A DNA stretch of 64,000 nucleotides from a virus: the IMG/VR virus record IMGVR_UViG_3300020392_000008, positions 41,023 through 105,022 of that record; one strand, given 5' to 3'. Shown here piece by piece: positions 49,901 through 58,520 of this stretch. The translations under genes were made by a program, and so were the position numbers. Position 1 is the first letter of the stretch. Every line of letters starts with the position of its first letter. The notes under the pieces were generated by a model. The model was not told where the DNA came from, made no database searches, and saw only the letters and a list, made by a program, of their open reading frames with translations.

Positions 49901-50410
49901 ATGACACAAGTTAAAGAAGATTCAAAACCCGTTGAGGAAAAAGTTGAAGCAACTAAACCTGTTGAAAAAACGGAAGATCAACCAAAAGAAGAAAAAAAAC
50001 TAACACCCGAAGAAACTTTAGAAAAATTAAGGGATTTTAGAAAAAACGGGAGTATATCTTTAGATATTAGCTATTCTGATTTTAAAAAAATTAGAAATAC
50101 TTTTAAAAACGATATTCCGTGGGAAGGACCTAATCAGGCTTATCTATTAACTATTCTAATGTTAGGGTTAGAAGCTGCCCTATCCACAATGGACCCTAAA
50201 AATAAAGAAACTCAAAAAGTTCCATTAAAAAATGACTCTATTGAGTCTATTGCGTTTTTCTTAAATAAAATAAATGGTAAAAATTCTCATTCTGCTCAAA
50301 ATTCTTTAGGTATGTTTTTTGCTTTACAACAAGCTATTGCTCAATTAAAGCAAGTTGATAAAGAAATAGCTGACCTATCTCCTAAAGAAAAAACAAATGA
50401 CACTAAATAA
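49901..50410 (+). CDS. Hypothetical protein
   Basis: 169-aa ORF with AAAC-N16-GTATAAT upstream. Confidence 0.75.
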   Translation: MTQVKEDSKPVEEKVEATKPVEKTEDQPKEEKKLTPEETLEKLRDFRKNGSISLDISYSDFKKIRNTFKNDIPWEGPNQAYLLTILMLGLEAALSTMDPKNKETQKVPLKNDSIESIAFFLNKINGKNSHSAQNSLGMFFALQQAIAQLKQVDKEIADLSPKEKTNDTK

Positions 50411-50468
50411 TAATTTTTTGTTTTTTGTTAAATAAAGCAGATATATAAATAAAATAAACATTAGTAAA

Positions 50469-50825
50469 ATGAAAAGAAAAATTGCTAACTTTAATTCTTT
50501 CATGAAGAATAAATTAAATGAAATGGAAGAAATGGATAACGAATTCGCAATGAGCATGGATGCTTATTCAGAAGCGCCTGAAGAAGATATGGAAGATAAC
50601 ATGGAAGAAGATCCAGATCTAGACATGGACGAAGAAGGAGATGAAGAAGAGGAAGAGCTTACTATGGAAGACCTTAAAGCTATCGTTGACGACCTTGAAG
50701 AAAGACTATCTGCATTAGAAGGCGGAGAAGAAGAAGAGGAAGAAGGCGAAGAGGAAGAAGAAGAAGGTGAAGAAGAGGAAGGCGAAGGCGAAGAAGAGGA
50801 AGAAGAAGCAGACGAAGAAATTTAA
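50469..50825 (+). CDS. Extremely acidic poly-Glu protein with N-terminal tag (prohead-core gp67-like)
   Basis: IANFNSFMKNKLNE followed by a Glu/Asp-rich body; TATAAATA upstream. Confidence 0.7.
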   Translation: MKRKIANFNSFMKNKLNEMEEMDNEFAMSMDAYSEAPEEDMEDNMEEDPDLDMDEEGDEEEEELTMEDLKAIVDDLEERLSALEGGEEEEEEGEEEEEEGEEEEGEGEEEEEEADEEI

Positions 50826-50857
50826 TTATAGCTAAGTTTTTATACAAAAAAATTAAA

Positions 50858-50902
50858 GGCACAGATAGCTAATCAATTATTTTTAATTAGCTGTTTGTGC
50901 TT
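50858..50902 (+). terminator. Imperfect hairpin, possible terminator
   Basis: GCACAGATAGCTAAT...ATTAGCTGTTTGTGC followed by TTATTT. Confidence 0.5.
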
Positions 50903-50916
50903 ATTTAGCTTTATAA

Positions 50917-51336
50917 ATGGACTCTAATAAAATAACATCAATTCCCTTATTTGAAAACTATTGTAAACAATCTACAATAGATAATAAGATTATTGACTGT
51001 AATATTGGAGAAAATTCTATTAAATTAAAAGTAGCCTCTACTCCTAAATCTCATTCTATCGGGTATCAAAATGTAAAAGAAGAACCTTCTGATAAAGAAG
51101 GAATATTATTTGTATACCCTAGCGAATGCCTTTCATCTTTCTGGATGAAAAATGTAAATTTCCCATTAGACATACTCTTCTTTAATTCAAATAAAGAACT
51201 AGTAGGCAATCAAACTATGCCTAATAATAGTTACCCAAAAACTTTTAAATGTAATAAACCCTTTCAATATGCAGTTGAAACAAAAGCAGGTTGGTTTGAC
51301 AGGAATGGAAATAAAGACATAAAATTATCAATATGA
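50917..51336 (+). CDS. DUF192 family protein
   Basis: VASTP, GILFVY, FWMKNVNFPLDILF, YAVETKAG. Confidence 0.85.
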   Translation: MDSNKITSIPLFENYCKQSTIDNKIIDCNIGENSIKLKVASTPKSHSIGYQNVKEEPSDKEGILFVYPSECLSSFWMKNVNFPLDILFFNSNKELVGNQTMPNNSYPKTFKCNKPFQYAVETKAGWFDRNGNKDIKLSI

Positions 51337-51512
51337 AAACATCATATAATAGAAAAGACTTAGATTGTAAAATATGCGGCGAAACTGTAAATAACGTAGG
51401 ACTTGAAGCAACTGCGGTCACCTGTTGGAAATGTGTTAATGAACAGCTAAAAGGAATGCCTATTTTTATATCAGACTCTTGTGAAAATGAAGAAAATGAA
51501 AACGAGGAATAA
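51333..51512 (+). CDS. Small Zn-finger-like protein, 59 aa (missed by the ORF track)
   Basis: MKTSYNRKDLDCKICGE...VTCWKCV...; ATGA overlap with the DUF192 gene. Confidence 0.7.
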   Translation: MKTSYNRKDLDCKICGETVNNVGLEATAVTCWKCVNEQLKGMPIFISDSCENEENENEE

Positions 51513-51978
51513 ATACGTATCACTGTATAATTCATTCAAGTATAATGATTATTATGAAGTATTACTTGAAGAATATTCTAATCAATCTAAATATAAAACA
51601 TTTAAAAGCTTTGTAGTAAATAAAGCAAAGAGGGTAAAGGATATATCTAAAAATGTTATAAACGCCTTTAAAAAGGAAGGAACAGAAACAACTGACATGC
51701 TAAGTGTTTTTAACAGACAGCTTCGTAAAAAATTAAATTTAAAAACTAGAAAAGATGTTCCTACAAAAGAAGAATTAGATGAAGCATTAAATCAATTAAA
51801 AGACATACCCAAACTTCTTCCATATGCAATCGTAATGTTAGCAACTCCCATACCTGGTTCCTCAACAATGTATACCGTCTTTGCTTATTTTCTAAAGAAA
51901 AGATCTAATGGTAAAATAAACCTGTTGCCAGATTCTTTTGATGACATATTATCAACTAAAGTAGATAACAAAGACTAG
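51496..51978 (+). CDS. Hypothetical protein with hydrophobic PIPG hairpin
   Basis: ALNQLKDIPK...PIPGS; start placed at MKTRNK (the ORF track starts at GTG 51481). Confidence 0.65.
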   Translation: MKTRNKYVSLYNSFKYNDYYEVLLEEYSNQSKYKTFKSFVVNKAKRVKDISKNVINAFKKEGTETTDMLSVFNRQLRKKLNLKTRKDVPTKEELDEALNQLKDIPKLLPYAIVMLATPIPGSSTMYTVFAYFLKKRSNGKINLLPDSFDDILSTKVDNKD

Positions 51979-51989
51979 TTTTTTGCACA

Positions 51990-52021
51990 TATGTCATATC
52001 TTAAATAAAATAAATGACATA
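51990..52021. promoter_or_regulatory. 8-bp inverted repeat upstream of the sigma54 promoter
   Basis: TATGTCAT-N16-ATGACATA. Confidence 0.55.
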
Positions 52022-52039
52022 ATTTCCAATTTAATTTAA

Positions 52040-52055
52040 TGGCACATTTTTTGCA
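52040..52055 (+). promoter_or_regulatory. Sigma54 (-24/-12) promoter of hsp20
   Basis: TGGCAC-ATTTT-TTGCA with exact consensus spacing, ending 26 nt before the ATG. Confidence 0.75.
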
Positions 52056-52081
52056 GAGTATACATTAAAAACAATAAACAA

Positions 52082-52441
52082 ATGAGACAAACAAATCTTT
52101 TAAAAAATTTCTTTTCAATAGCAGATGAGGCTTTTTATAATAATAAAATACCTTCTTTTTTCTATGAAACTACTAAACTTGAAAATTCAATAGAAGTAGA
52201 AATGATTCTTCCAGGGTATACTAGAGATGAATTAAATATTACATCGGATAGTGAAGATTTATTAATAGAAACTAATGAAAAATTTAAAGAAAATAAATGG
52301 AAAATACCATTGAAAAGAGCATTTAAATTATCTGATAATCTAGATAGTAAAAATATTAACGCAAAACTTGAAAACGGAATATTAACAATTAGTATTCCAA
52401 ATAAAGCAAAGGCTAAAAAAAGAAACATTAGTATAGATTAA
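52082..52441 (+). CDS. Small heat shock protein Hsp20
   Basis: LPGY...L.I, RAFKL, INAKLENGILTISIP. Confidence 0.9.
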   Translation: MRQTNLLKNFFSIADEAFYNNKIPSFFYETTKLENSIEVEMILPGYTRDELNITSDSEDLLIETNEKFKENKWKIPLKRAFKLSDNLDSKNINAKLENGILTISIPNKAKAKKRNISID

Positions 52442-52466
52442 TATTAAAATTTAATTATTTTAAACT

Positions 52467-52493
52467 AAGGGAATTTTACAATTCCCTTTTTTT
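52467..52493 (+). terminator. Intrinsic terminator after hsp20
   Basis: AAGGGAATT-TTAC-AATTCCCTT followed by a T-run. Confidence 0.8.
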
Positions 52494-52508
52494 ATTTAGT
52501 TTATTTTA

Positions 52509-52535
52509 AAACCGTCTATTAAATTCCGGTATAAT
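52509..52535 (+). promoter_or_regulatory. AAAC-N16-GTATAAT promoter
   Basis: After the terminator and upstream of ugd. Confidence 0.65.
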
Positions 52536-52562
52536 AAAATATATTACAAAATCTTAATTTAA

Positions 52563-53528
52563 ATGAAGTTAGAAAATAAAAATATTGGAATAGTAGGTCA
52601 GGGATTTGTAGGAACGGCCGTTAAAGAAAAATTAAAAGAATCTAAAACAATTTACGCATATGATTTAGATGATTCTAAATGTGGAATATTTAGTACAAAA
52701 GATGAATATAAACCTACTGATATTCCACTATTAGTGGATAATTGTGATATAATATTTGTGTGCGTACCTACTCCTATGTATGCTACTGGAAAATGCAACA
52801 CTGGTATAGTAGAAAATGTTCTTACTGAAATAAATAATTCCACATACACTAGTAATAATTTTTCAAAAAACACAATTGTTATAATTAAATCAACAATACC
52901 ACCAGGTACAACTGAATCCTTTAATAAAAAATATAAAAACATAGGTATTGTTTTTAGTCCTGAATTTTTAACAGAAGCTAATTCAATTGAAGATTTTAAA
53001 AATCAAAATAGAATAATTTTAGGTATAGATTGGGCAGAACATATTAAACCTGTAACAAAGGTTTTTAAAGATGCTTTTCCAGATGCAGAAATAGCTGTGT
53101 TAAATACAGCTGAAGCTGAACTTACTAAATATATGACAAATTTATTTTTAGCAACAAAAGTAAGTTTTTTTAATGACATGTATAAATTAACAGAGTCCAT
53201 TAATAACTCAGAAAATTTAGCTGTTTCTCAAAAAATAAAATTTGACTCTGTTGTAGACGCTACACTGTTAGATCCAAGAATAGGAAAATCTCATACATTA
53301 GTACCAGGTCCCGATGGAGATTTTGGCTATGGAGGTCATTGTTTCCCTAAAGACATGGCAGCTATTTTAAGTTTAGCAGATCAATTAGGCGCATCGTTGC
53401 CTACTTTATTTGGTGCAAGCACTACTAATTCTATAGTTAGAACAGATAGAGACTGGGAAAAAATGGAAGGGAGAGCAGTTTCTAATGATGAAAAAACTTT
53501 TGAACACGTTTTTCCACATGAGCTTTAA
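52563..53528 (+). CDS. ugd: UDP-glucose/GDP-mannose dehydrogenase family protein
   Basis: GIVGQGFVG, FVCVPTP, IKSTIPPGTT, FSPEFL, AELTKY..N, GYGGHCFPKD. Confidence 0.9.
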   Translation: MKLENKNIGIVGQGFVGTAVKEKLKESKTIYAYDLDDSKCGIFSTKDEYKPTDIPLLVDNCDIIFVCVPTPMYATGKCNTGIVENVLTEINNSTYTSNNFSKNTIVIIKSTIPPGTTESFNKKYKNIGIVFSPEFLTEANSIEDFKNQNRIILGIDWAEHIKPVTKVFKDAFPDAEIAVLNTAEAELTKYMTNLFLATKVSFFNDMYKLTESINNSENLAVSQKIKFDSVVDATLLDPRIGKSHTLVPGPDGDFGYGGHCFPKDMAAILSLADQLGASLPTLFGASTTNSIVRTDRDWEKMEGRAVSNDEKTFEHVFPHEL

Positions 53529-53820
53529 TAAAAAACACATACCGGCAAAGAAAAACTTTTTAAAAAAAGAGTATTTAAAAATAGGTCATGATAAATTCAT
53601 AAAAAAATATCGTAAATATGACGCTTTTATAGTAGGAAATTATACAAATTCATTTTTTATAAACTGGGTCATATATGAAAATAAAAAGTACGTATTTATT
53701 GTGTATGAATTATGTCAATTTTTATATAGAATAAAAGAATTAGGATTAAAAGGAATAATAAGTAATTTAAATTATAAATTAAAAAAAAGAATAAAATATG
53801 TATTGGGTAGCAAAAGTTAA
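53518..53820 (+). CDS. Hypothetical protein
   Basis: ORF filling the gap; start placed at MSFNKK. Confidence 0.5.
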   Translation: MSFNKKHIPAKKNFLKKEYLKIGHDKFIKKYRKYDAFIVGNYTNSFFINWVIYENKKYVFIVYELCQFLYRIKELGLKGIISNLNYKLKKRIKYVLGSKS

Positions 53821-53998
53821 ATTTGAATCTATAAACGACAATAACGGTAAAATACAAACCACCAAAGAAGAATATTTAGTTTCAGCTGAATCCGTTACTG
53901 AAGTTGAAGAAAAATTAAATACTAAATTTGGAGAAGGAATGTCAGAATTTTCAGTGTCAGGAGTCGCCGAATCTAAAATAATGGGAATAGTAGAATAA
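53798..53998 (+). CDS. DUF4494-like protein
   Basis: EEYLVSAESVTEVE...VAESKIM. Confidence 0.7.
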   Translation: MYWVAKVKFESINDNNGKIQTTKEEYLVSAESVTEVEEKLNTKFGEGMSEFSVSGVAESKIMGIVE

Positions 53999-54300
53999 TG
54001 CAAGAATTAATATACCACGACGATATAAATAAACAAGAGGTTGATTTAAATAATCAAGAAAACTTGGCAGACAACGAATTTATTTCAAAAAGAGTTTCTG
54101 AAATACGAAACAGTATACAGGAACTATTTAAAGAATTAGACGAGGTGGTATCTATGTGTAATCATAAAGATGGACATGACGTAAAGCTTATAGCAAATAG
54201 TAAACTAGATTCAGGAGGTTTAAGGAGAGTTTGTAAAATATGTAAAACACCCATTGGATATGCTAGTAAAAAAGAAGCAGATGAGTGGCAAAAAGACTAA
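53998..54300 (+). CDS. Hypothetical protein with CxH...CxxC motif
   Basis: MCNH...VCKIC. Confidence 0.7.
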   Translation: MQELIYHDDINKQEVDLNNQENLADNEFISKRVSEIRNSIQELFKELDEVVSMCNHKDGHDVKLIANSKLDSGGLRRVCKICKTPIGYASKKEADEWQKD

Positions 54301-54607
54301 TCAAAAAATAAAGTCAAGTAAATCTGAAGCCATATACGATGTTTTTATAAAAACTTTAAATTGCTCTTCTAATTATTATGAAAAGGAAGCTTTTGTATAT
54401 CATCATTCAGTAGTTTCCCACGATATAAAAAAGTATAGGCTTAAATCAAATGAAAAATGTAATAGCGTTAGTTGGAGTTTTACTATAAGCGCCTGTGAAA
54501 TGGTACAATTTAAATGCAAAGATGGTACCCCAATGAATGTCTTTTTAGAGTCTATTGCTTTACAAAATAAAGTAAATTCTCTAGTAAATTACATATTAAA
54601 AAATTAA
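54281..54607 (+). CDS. Hypothetical protein
   Basis: ORF within an operon; start uncertain. Confidence 0.55.
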   Translation: MSGKKTNQKIKSSKSEAIYDVFIKTLNCSSNYYEKEAFVYHHSVVSHDIKKYRLKSNEKCNSVSWSFTISACEMVQFKCKDGTPMNVFLESIALQNKVNSLVNYILKN

Positions 54608-54608
54608 A

Positions 54609-55040
54609 ATGCAGGTATTAAAGGTTCCATTAGTAAAAGACTCATTATTTGAAAGAGAGCTAAAAAAATATCTCTTATATAGAATGGACTTATTATTTAA
54701 AGAATACAACAATAATATACCTGACACTATTTCATGTAAAGGTCACTTAGGGAAGCATGTATTTAATATTATAACTAGTAATAATTGGAAATTTGGTTCA
54801 ACTAAAATAGTTCACGAGAAGGGTCCTAATGCAATAGAGATAAGGTTCGACAATGGTATAAGCATAGAAAAAAATTCTAAATTATCAATGGGCACCGGTT
54901 CAACTATGGATGGTAGAGTAATTGAAGGATTTATAGATTCTAAAAGCCAGGCTTCTATTATACAATCTTCCATAGATAATAATTTTACTATAGAAAAAAT
55001 TGTTAACCCCAAGGTTATTATAAAGTTAGAAAAACTATGA
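54609..55040 (+). CDS. Hypothetical protein
   Basis: 143-aa ORF within an operon. Confidence 0.65.
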   Translation: MQVLKVPLVKDSLFERELKKYLLYRMDLLFKEYNNNIPDTISCKGHLGKHVFNIITSNNWKFGSTKIVHEKGPNAIEIRFDNGISIEKNSKLSMGTGSTMDGRVIEGFIDSKSQASIIQSSIDNNFTIEKIVNPKVIIKLEKL

Positions 55041-55742
55041 AATATCCTTAACTACATAGGCTGTTACTTTGCCTACTCCTTTTAGTTTACTCAATGGTTC
55101 ACAGGTATGCAATTGAAGTTCAGATAACATTCTTCCAGATCTTTTTCTTTTTCCAGAATAACATTTATGTCTATAGTCTATAATTTCCATTTTATATTTA
55201 CTATCGTTTAAATACTTTACTATTTTTTCTTCTTGTAATTTATCTAAACTTTCTGTAAAACTAAAAGCCATTTCACCAGATTCAGATACAGTTGATTCCA
55301 TTCTAGATGCAGTGTTTACCGTATTTCCAAAATAATCCCATAATTTTTTATTTTGAATATTTACTTTCTTTTTATATAAAGGACCCCATGATATTCCCAT
55401 TCTAATAGTTAAAGGTTTTCCTTTTATCTTAATGGGTTTTTTATAAAGATTTTTTTGTATTTCTATGCCCGCTAAAATGGCTTTATATAATGAATCTTTT
55501 CCATCCCAGCCTAACATATAGCTATCGCCTATTGTTTTTATAATATCTCCACCGTGCTTTGGAACTATTGTTTCCATTCTTTTTTCATGTTCTTTAAGAG
55601 CGTCAAACATTCCATCTTTATGTAAGTTCCAAAGTTTAGAACTACCCTTGACGTCTGTGAATAAAATAGCTTGATCTTTTTCTTCTAGTTTATCTAAATC
55701 GGATACGCTTTCAAACAATTTAAAAGATGTTATCATGTTCAT
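55035..55742 (-). CDS. Class III adenylyl cyclase, stand-alone, with N-terminal tag
   Basis: AILFTDVKGS, IIKTIGDSYM, IRMGISWGP, WDYFGNTVNTASRME, LKGVG. Confidence 0.9.
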   Translation of the reverse strand: MNMITSFKLFESVSDLDKLEEKDQAILFTDVKGSSKLWNLHKDGMFDALKEHEKRMETIVPKHGGDIIKTIGDSYMLGWDGKDSLYKAILAGIEIQKNLYKKPIKIKGKPLTIRMGISWGPLYKKKVNIQNKKLWDYFGNTVNTASRMESTVSESGEMAFSFTESLDKLQEEKIVKYLNDSKYKMEIIDYRHKCYSGKRKRSGRMLSELQLHTCEPLSKLKGVGKVTAYVVKDIS

Positions 55743-55822
55743 TATTTTTATTTTATTTATCTTAAATTAATATATTATTTTAAATGAATTACGCGTATAA
55801 ATAATAAAAAAGGTTTTTATAA

Positions 55823-57094
55823 ATGAAAAATTATCTTAAAGACTTTAATAGTTTTAGCATAAATGAAATGGCAAGTACTCTTTCTAAGTTAGGATTGCCT
55901 AAAAAACTAATTAGAGTAATACATAGCCTACCTGATACTATAGAAAAAATTAGCCCTTTTGCATATGCAACAGCTAGACAAAGAGGAGCAGAACTTCCTC
56001 CTATAGGCGGAAATAGACCTAGTCATGAAGTAGAAATAATAGAACATTTTAGAATGAGAAAAACTCAATTGCTAGGTAATCAATATGGAACGTATCCAGC
56101 TAAACAACCAGGTTGGCTTGCAGAAAAACCATGGGGAGATCATAGTATTCTTCTAGCTGTCCCTGAGCCAGGTGGAAAATACGCAGGAGAAGATCCTAGA
56201 TATGACTACATTTATAATAAAGAAAGTGCATTTGACGATAGAGGAGCTGGAAGAGGAAAAAAATATAGAGTTATTACCATGGGAAAAGATGGTAAAATAC
56301 TTAGAGACTGGGCTGCTTTTCAAGGCAAAATAACATATCCTGCAAATCCAGAAACTGGAGAAAGAATGTATAGAAATGATTTTAAAGATTATCCAACCGC
56401 AGCAGATGGTAAAATAGACGTTTACGTATTAGATACTGAAACAGTTGGAACCGAAAGAGAAAAAAGACAATTAGGACCCGGTAAAGGATTTGATTGGCAC
56501 GATGTTCCAATTGGAAAAGCAAGGGCTAAAAAAAGAGAACGTGTAAAATCTAGACAAGTAACAGCTTACACTTTTATAGATGATTTTGCTGAAAGATTTG
56601 AAAAAATTCTTTCTTCTATTTTTGGTAAAAGAAAAAAGCAAGCTGCTGAAAAATATGCAAGTTTAATATTACAAGATGATGCAGATCCAACAGAATTAGC
56701 CAATCTATCTAAAGTTATACATGAAGAACCTAATGTAATGGATAATATTATTAAATATTATGAAAAATTCTTGAAATATCTTAAATTGAATGGAGACTAT
56801 GGACATGCTTCACAAAAAGAACTTCATGATGCAATGTATGTTAGAAACATGGAAGAACTCGCTTCAATAGAAGACATTGTAAAAGTTCATGGAAAAATGA
56901 AAGCACTTAAAAATTTCGCAGAGTTTATATTAACAGGTGATGTAAATGACATTAATAAAGAAATGGAAAAAGCAATTGAAGAACCTGGAGCTCAAATGAG
57001 AGACGATTTTGAAGACATGTTAGATTTTGATTTTGACATGGACAACCCCGCTCCATATAACCCTAACGAGGAAGATGACGAAATAGACATATGA
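55823..57094 (+). CDS. Hypothetical protein with N-terminal tag
   Basis: MKNYLKDFNSFSINE; TATAAATA upstream; acidic tail. Confidence 0.75.
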   Translation: MKNYLKDFNSFSINEMASTLSKLGLPKKLIRVIHSLPDTIEKISPFAYATARQRGAELPPIGGNRPSHEVEIIEHFRMRKTQLLGNQYGTYPAKQPGWLAEKPWGDHSILLAVPEPGGKYAGEDPRYDYIYNKESAFDDRGAGRGKKYRVITMGKDGKILRDWAAFQGKITYPANPETGERMYRNDFKDYPTAADGKIDVYVLDTETVGTEREKRQLGPGKGFDWHDVPIGKARAKKRERVKSRQVTAYTFIDDFAERFEKILSSIFGKRKKQAAEKYASLILQDDADPTELANLSKVIHEEPNVMDNIIKYYEKFLKYLKLNGDYGHASQKELHDAMYVRNMEELASIEDIVKVHGKMKALKNFAEFILTGDVNDINKEMEKAIEEPGAQMRDDFEDMLDFDFDMDNPAPYNPNEEDDEIDI

Positions 57095-57468
57095 AACATA
57101 TAAAACTCTTTGAAAATAAAGAAAACAATATATTAAAACCATTGTTTGAACTTAAAAGAGTTGGTGTAGAGGCAACTGCTCTTGGAAAAATGAAAGATGG
57201 TGCTAATCTTATTTCTAATTATTTGGAAAATAACAAAAATGAAATAAGAAATGCTCTTGATTTCTATACTTCATGGACAATGAGTCAACATGGCGGATTT
57301 ACAAGACAAATAAGTGTTACAGATTTATTATATCCCTTCTTTATAAAATACAGTAAAGAAATAGAAGAGGGATTATTTAGCAAAGAATACGCTAAAGATT
57401 CTGATTTAGACATACCATCAGATGCAGAAGATATGTTAAGTTCAGATGATTTTGAATTAGATATTTAA
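57091..57468 (+). CDS. Hypothetical protein with N-terminal tag
   Basis: MKHIKLFEN; acidic tail ending DDFELDI. Confidence 0.75.
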   Translation: MKHIKLFENKENNILKPLFELKRVGVEATALGKMKDGANLISNYLENNKNEIRNALDFYTSWTMSQHGGFTRQISVTDLLYPFFIKYSKEIEEGLFSKEYAKDSDLDIPSDAEDMLSSDDFELDI

Positions 57469-58064
57469 TTACAATCTTTACAATTAGAGTTAGAATTAGA
57501 ACTAGATTTACCTTTATTTCCTGTAGCGTATTTTACACCCATTATTGTACCTATTATACTAAATGCATTTGTTAATAGTATACCAAACATGTTGCTCCAC
57601 GTGTTTCCTATTAGCTGTGTTTCTTTATCATAATATATAGAAAACATATAAAGGATTGTTGTAAATAAACCTACTCCTATTATAATAGCCAGTGCTATTT
57701 TTACTATGACAGTTACTAGTTCAAATTGTGTCTTTTTTTGAAGAATGTCTAAGTCTTTTAATGCATTTTGTTTAGAATGCTCGGCTGTTTTTAGAGCGTT
57801 TTCTAATTTAGAATTTGCTTTTTCTACACTTTGCGTTGCGCTTTTTAATTGCTTATTTTGAGCTTGAACTTGCTTAGTTATGTCTAAACGTTTTCTTTGT
57901 TTTTCTTTTTGTAAATTAGTTGCTTTTTTTACATACTCTTCTAAGTTTTTATCATTTTCAGAATCTATCAATTTTAAAACATTACCTTCTATGTATATGC
58001 TTTTTTCTTTTCCTACTTGTAAAAGCTTTTCCTTGGTTTCTTTACAAAAAGTTATTTTCATCAT
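57465..58064 (-). CDS. Coiled-coil, two-TM membrane protein of the two-component operon
   Basis: ATGA overlap with the receiver gene; two hydrophobic helices. Confidence 0.75.
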   Translation of the reverse strand: MMKITFCKETKEKLLQVGKEKSIYIEGNVLKLIDSENDKNLEEYVKKATNLQKEKQRKRLDITKQVQAQNKQLKSATQSVEKANSKLENALKTAEHSKQNALKDLDILQKKTQFELVTVIVKIALAIIIGVGLFTTILYMFSIYYDKETQLIGNTWSNMFGILLTNAFSIIGTIMGVKYATGNKGKSSSNSNSNCKDCN

Positions 58065-58498
58065 TTGTATATCTTAAAAGAATTTGTTCTATCTACGTAA
58101 CCCGGATAGTCTTTAAGAAAATCTTCTAATCTAGGCTCTATTTCGTCAGATTTAATTATCCAAAATTGAGCACCTGCGCTTATTGCTCTTGCCTGTTCTT
58201 CCTCCTCGTCGCTCGATGATATTATTCCTACGACTACATGATTTCCATAGTTAAAATTAATACGTCTAATTAATTCTATTCCATCGAAGGAGGAACCTAT
58301 CATATTTAAATCTACAAAAACGCATGACGGTTTTTCATGTTTCTCTATTCCATCAAACCATTTTTTAAACATTTTTTCTGCACCGTCTGCACTATTAATA
58401 GCCCTTAGGGATAGTGTTATATCTAATAAGCTACACGCGTCCTCAAACACTAAATGAAACAAATCTTCATCATCAACTAACATTATAGAATCAATCAT
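58061..58498 (-). CDS. Single-domain response regulator (receiver)
   Basis: LVDDE, VFVDLNM..DG, IISSS, WIIK. Confidence 0.9.
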   Translation of the reverse strand: MIDSIMLVDDEDLFHLVFEDACSLLDITLSLRAINSADGAEKMFKKWFDGIEKHEKPSCVFVDLNMIGSSFDGIELIRRINFNYGNHVVVGIISSSDEEEEQARAISAGAQFWIIKSDEIEPRLEDFLKDYPGYVDRTNSFKIYK

Positions 58499-58520
58499 AG
58501 TAATTTAAATATTATTATAT

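Noticed and set aside
50700-50820. GAA-rich tract as a DNA repeat element
   Set aside because: It is fully explained by poly-Glu coding.
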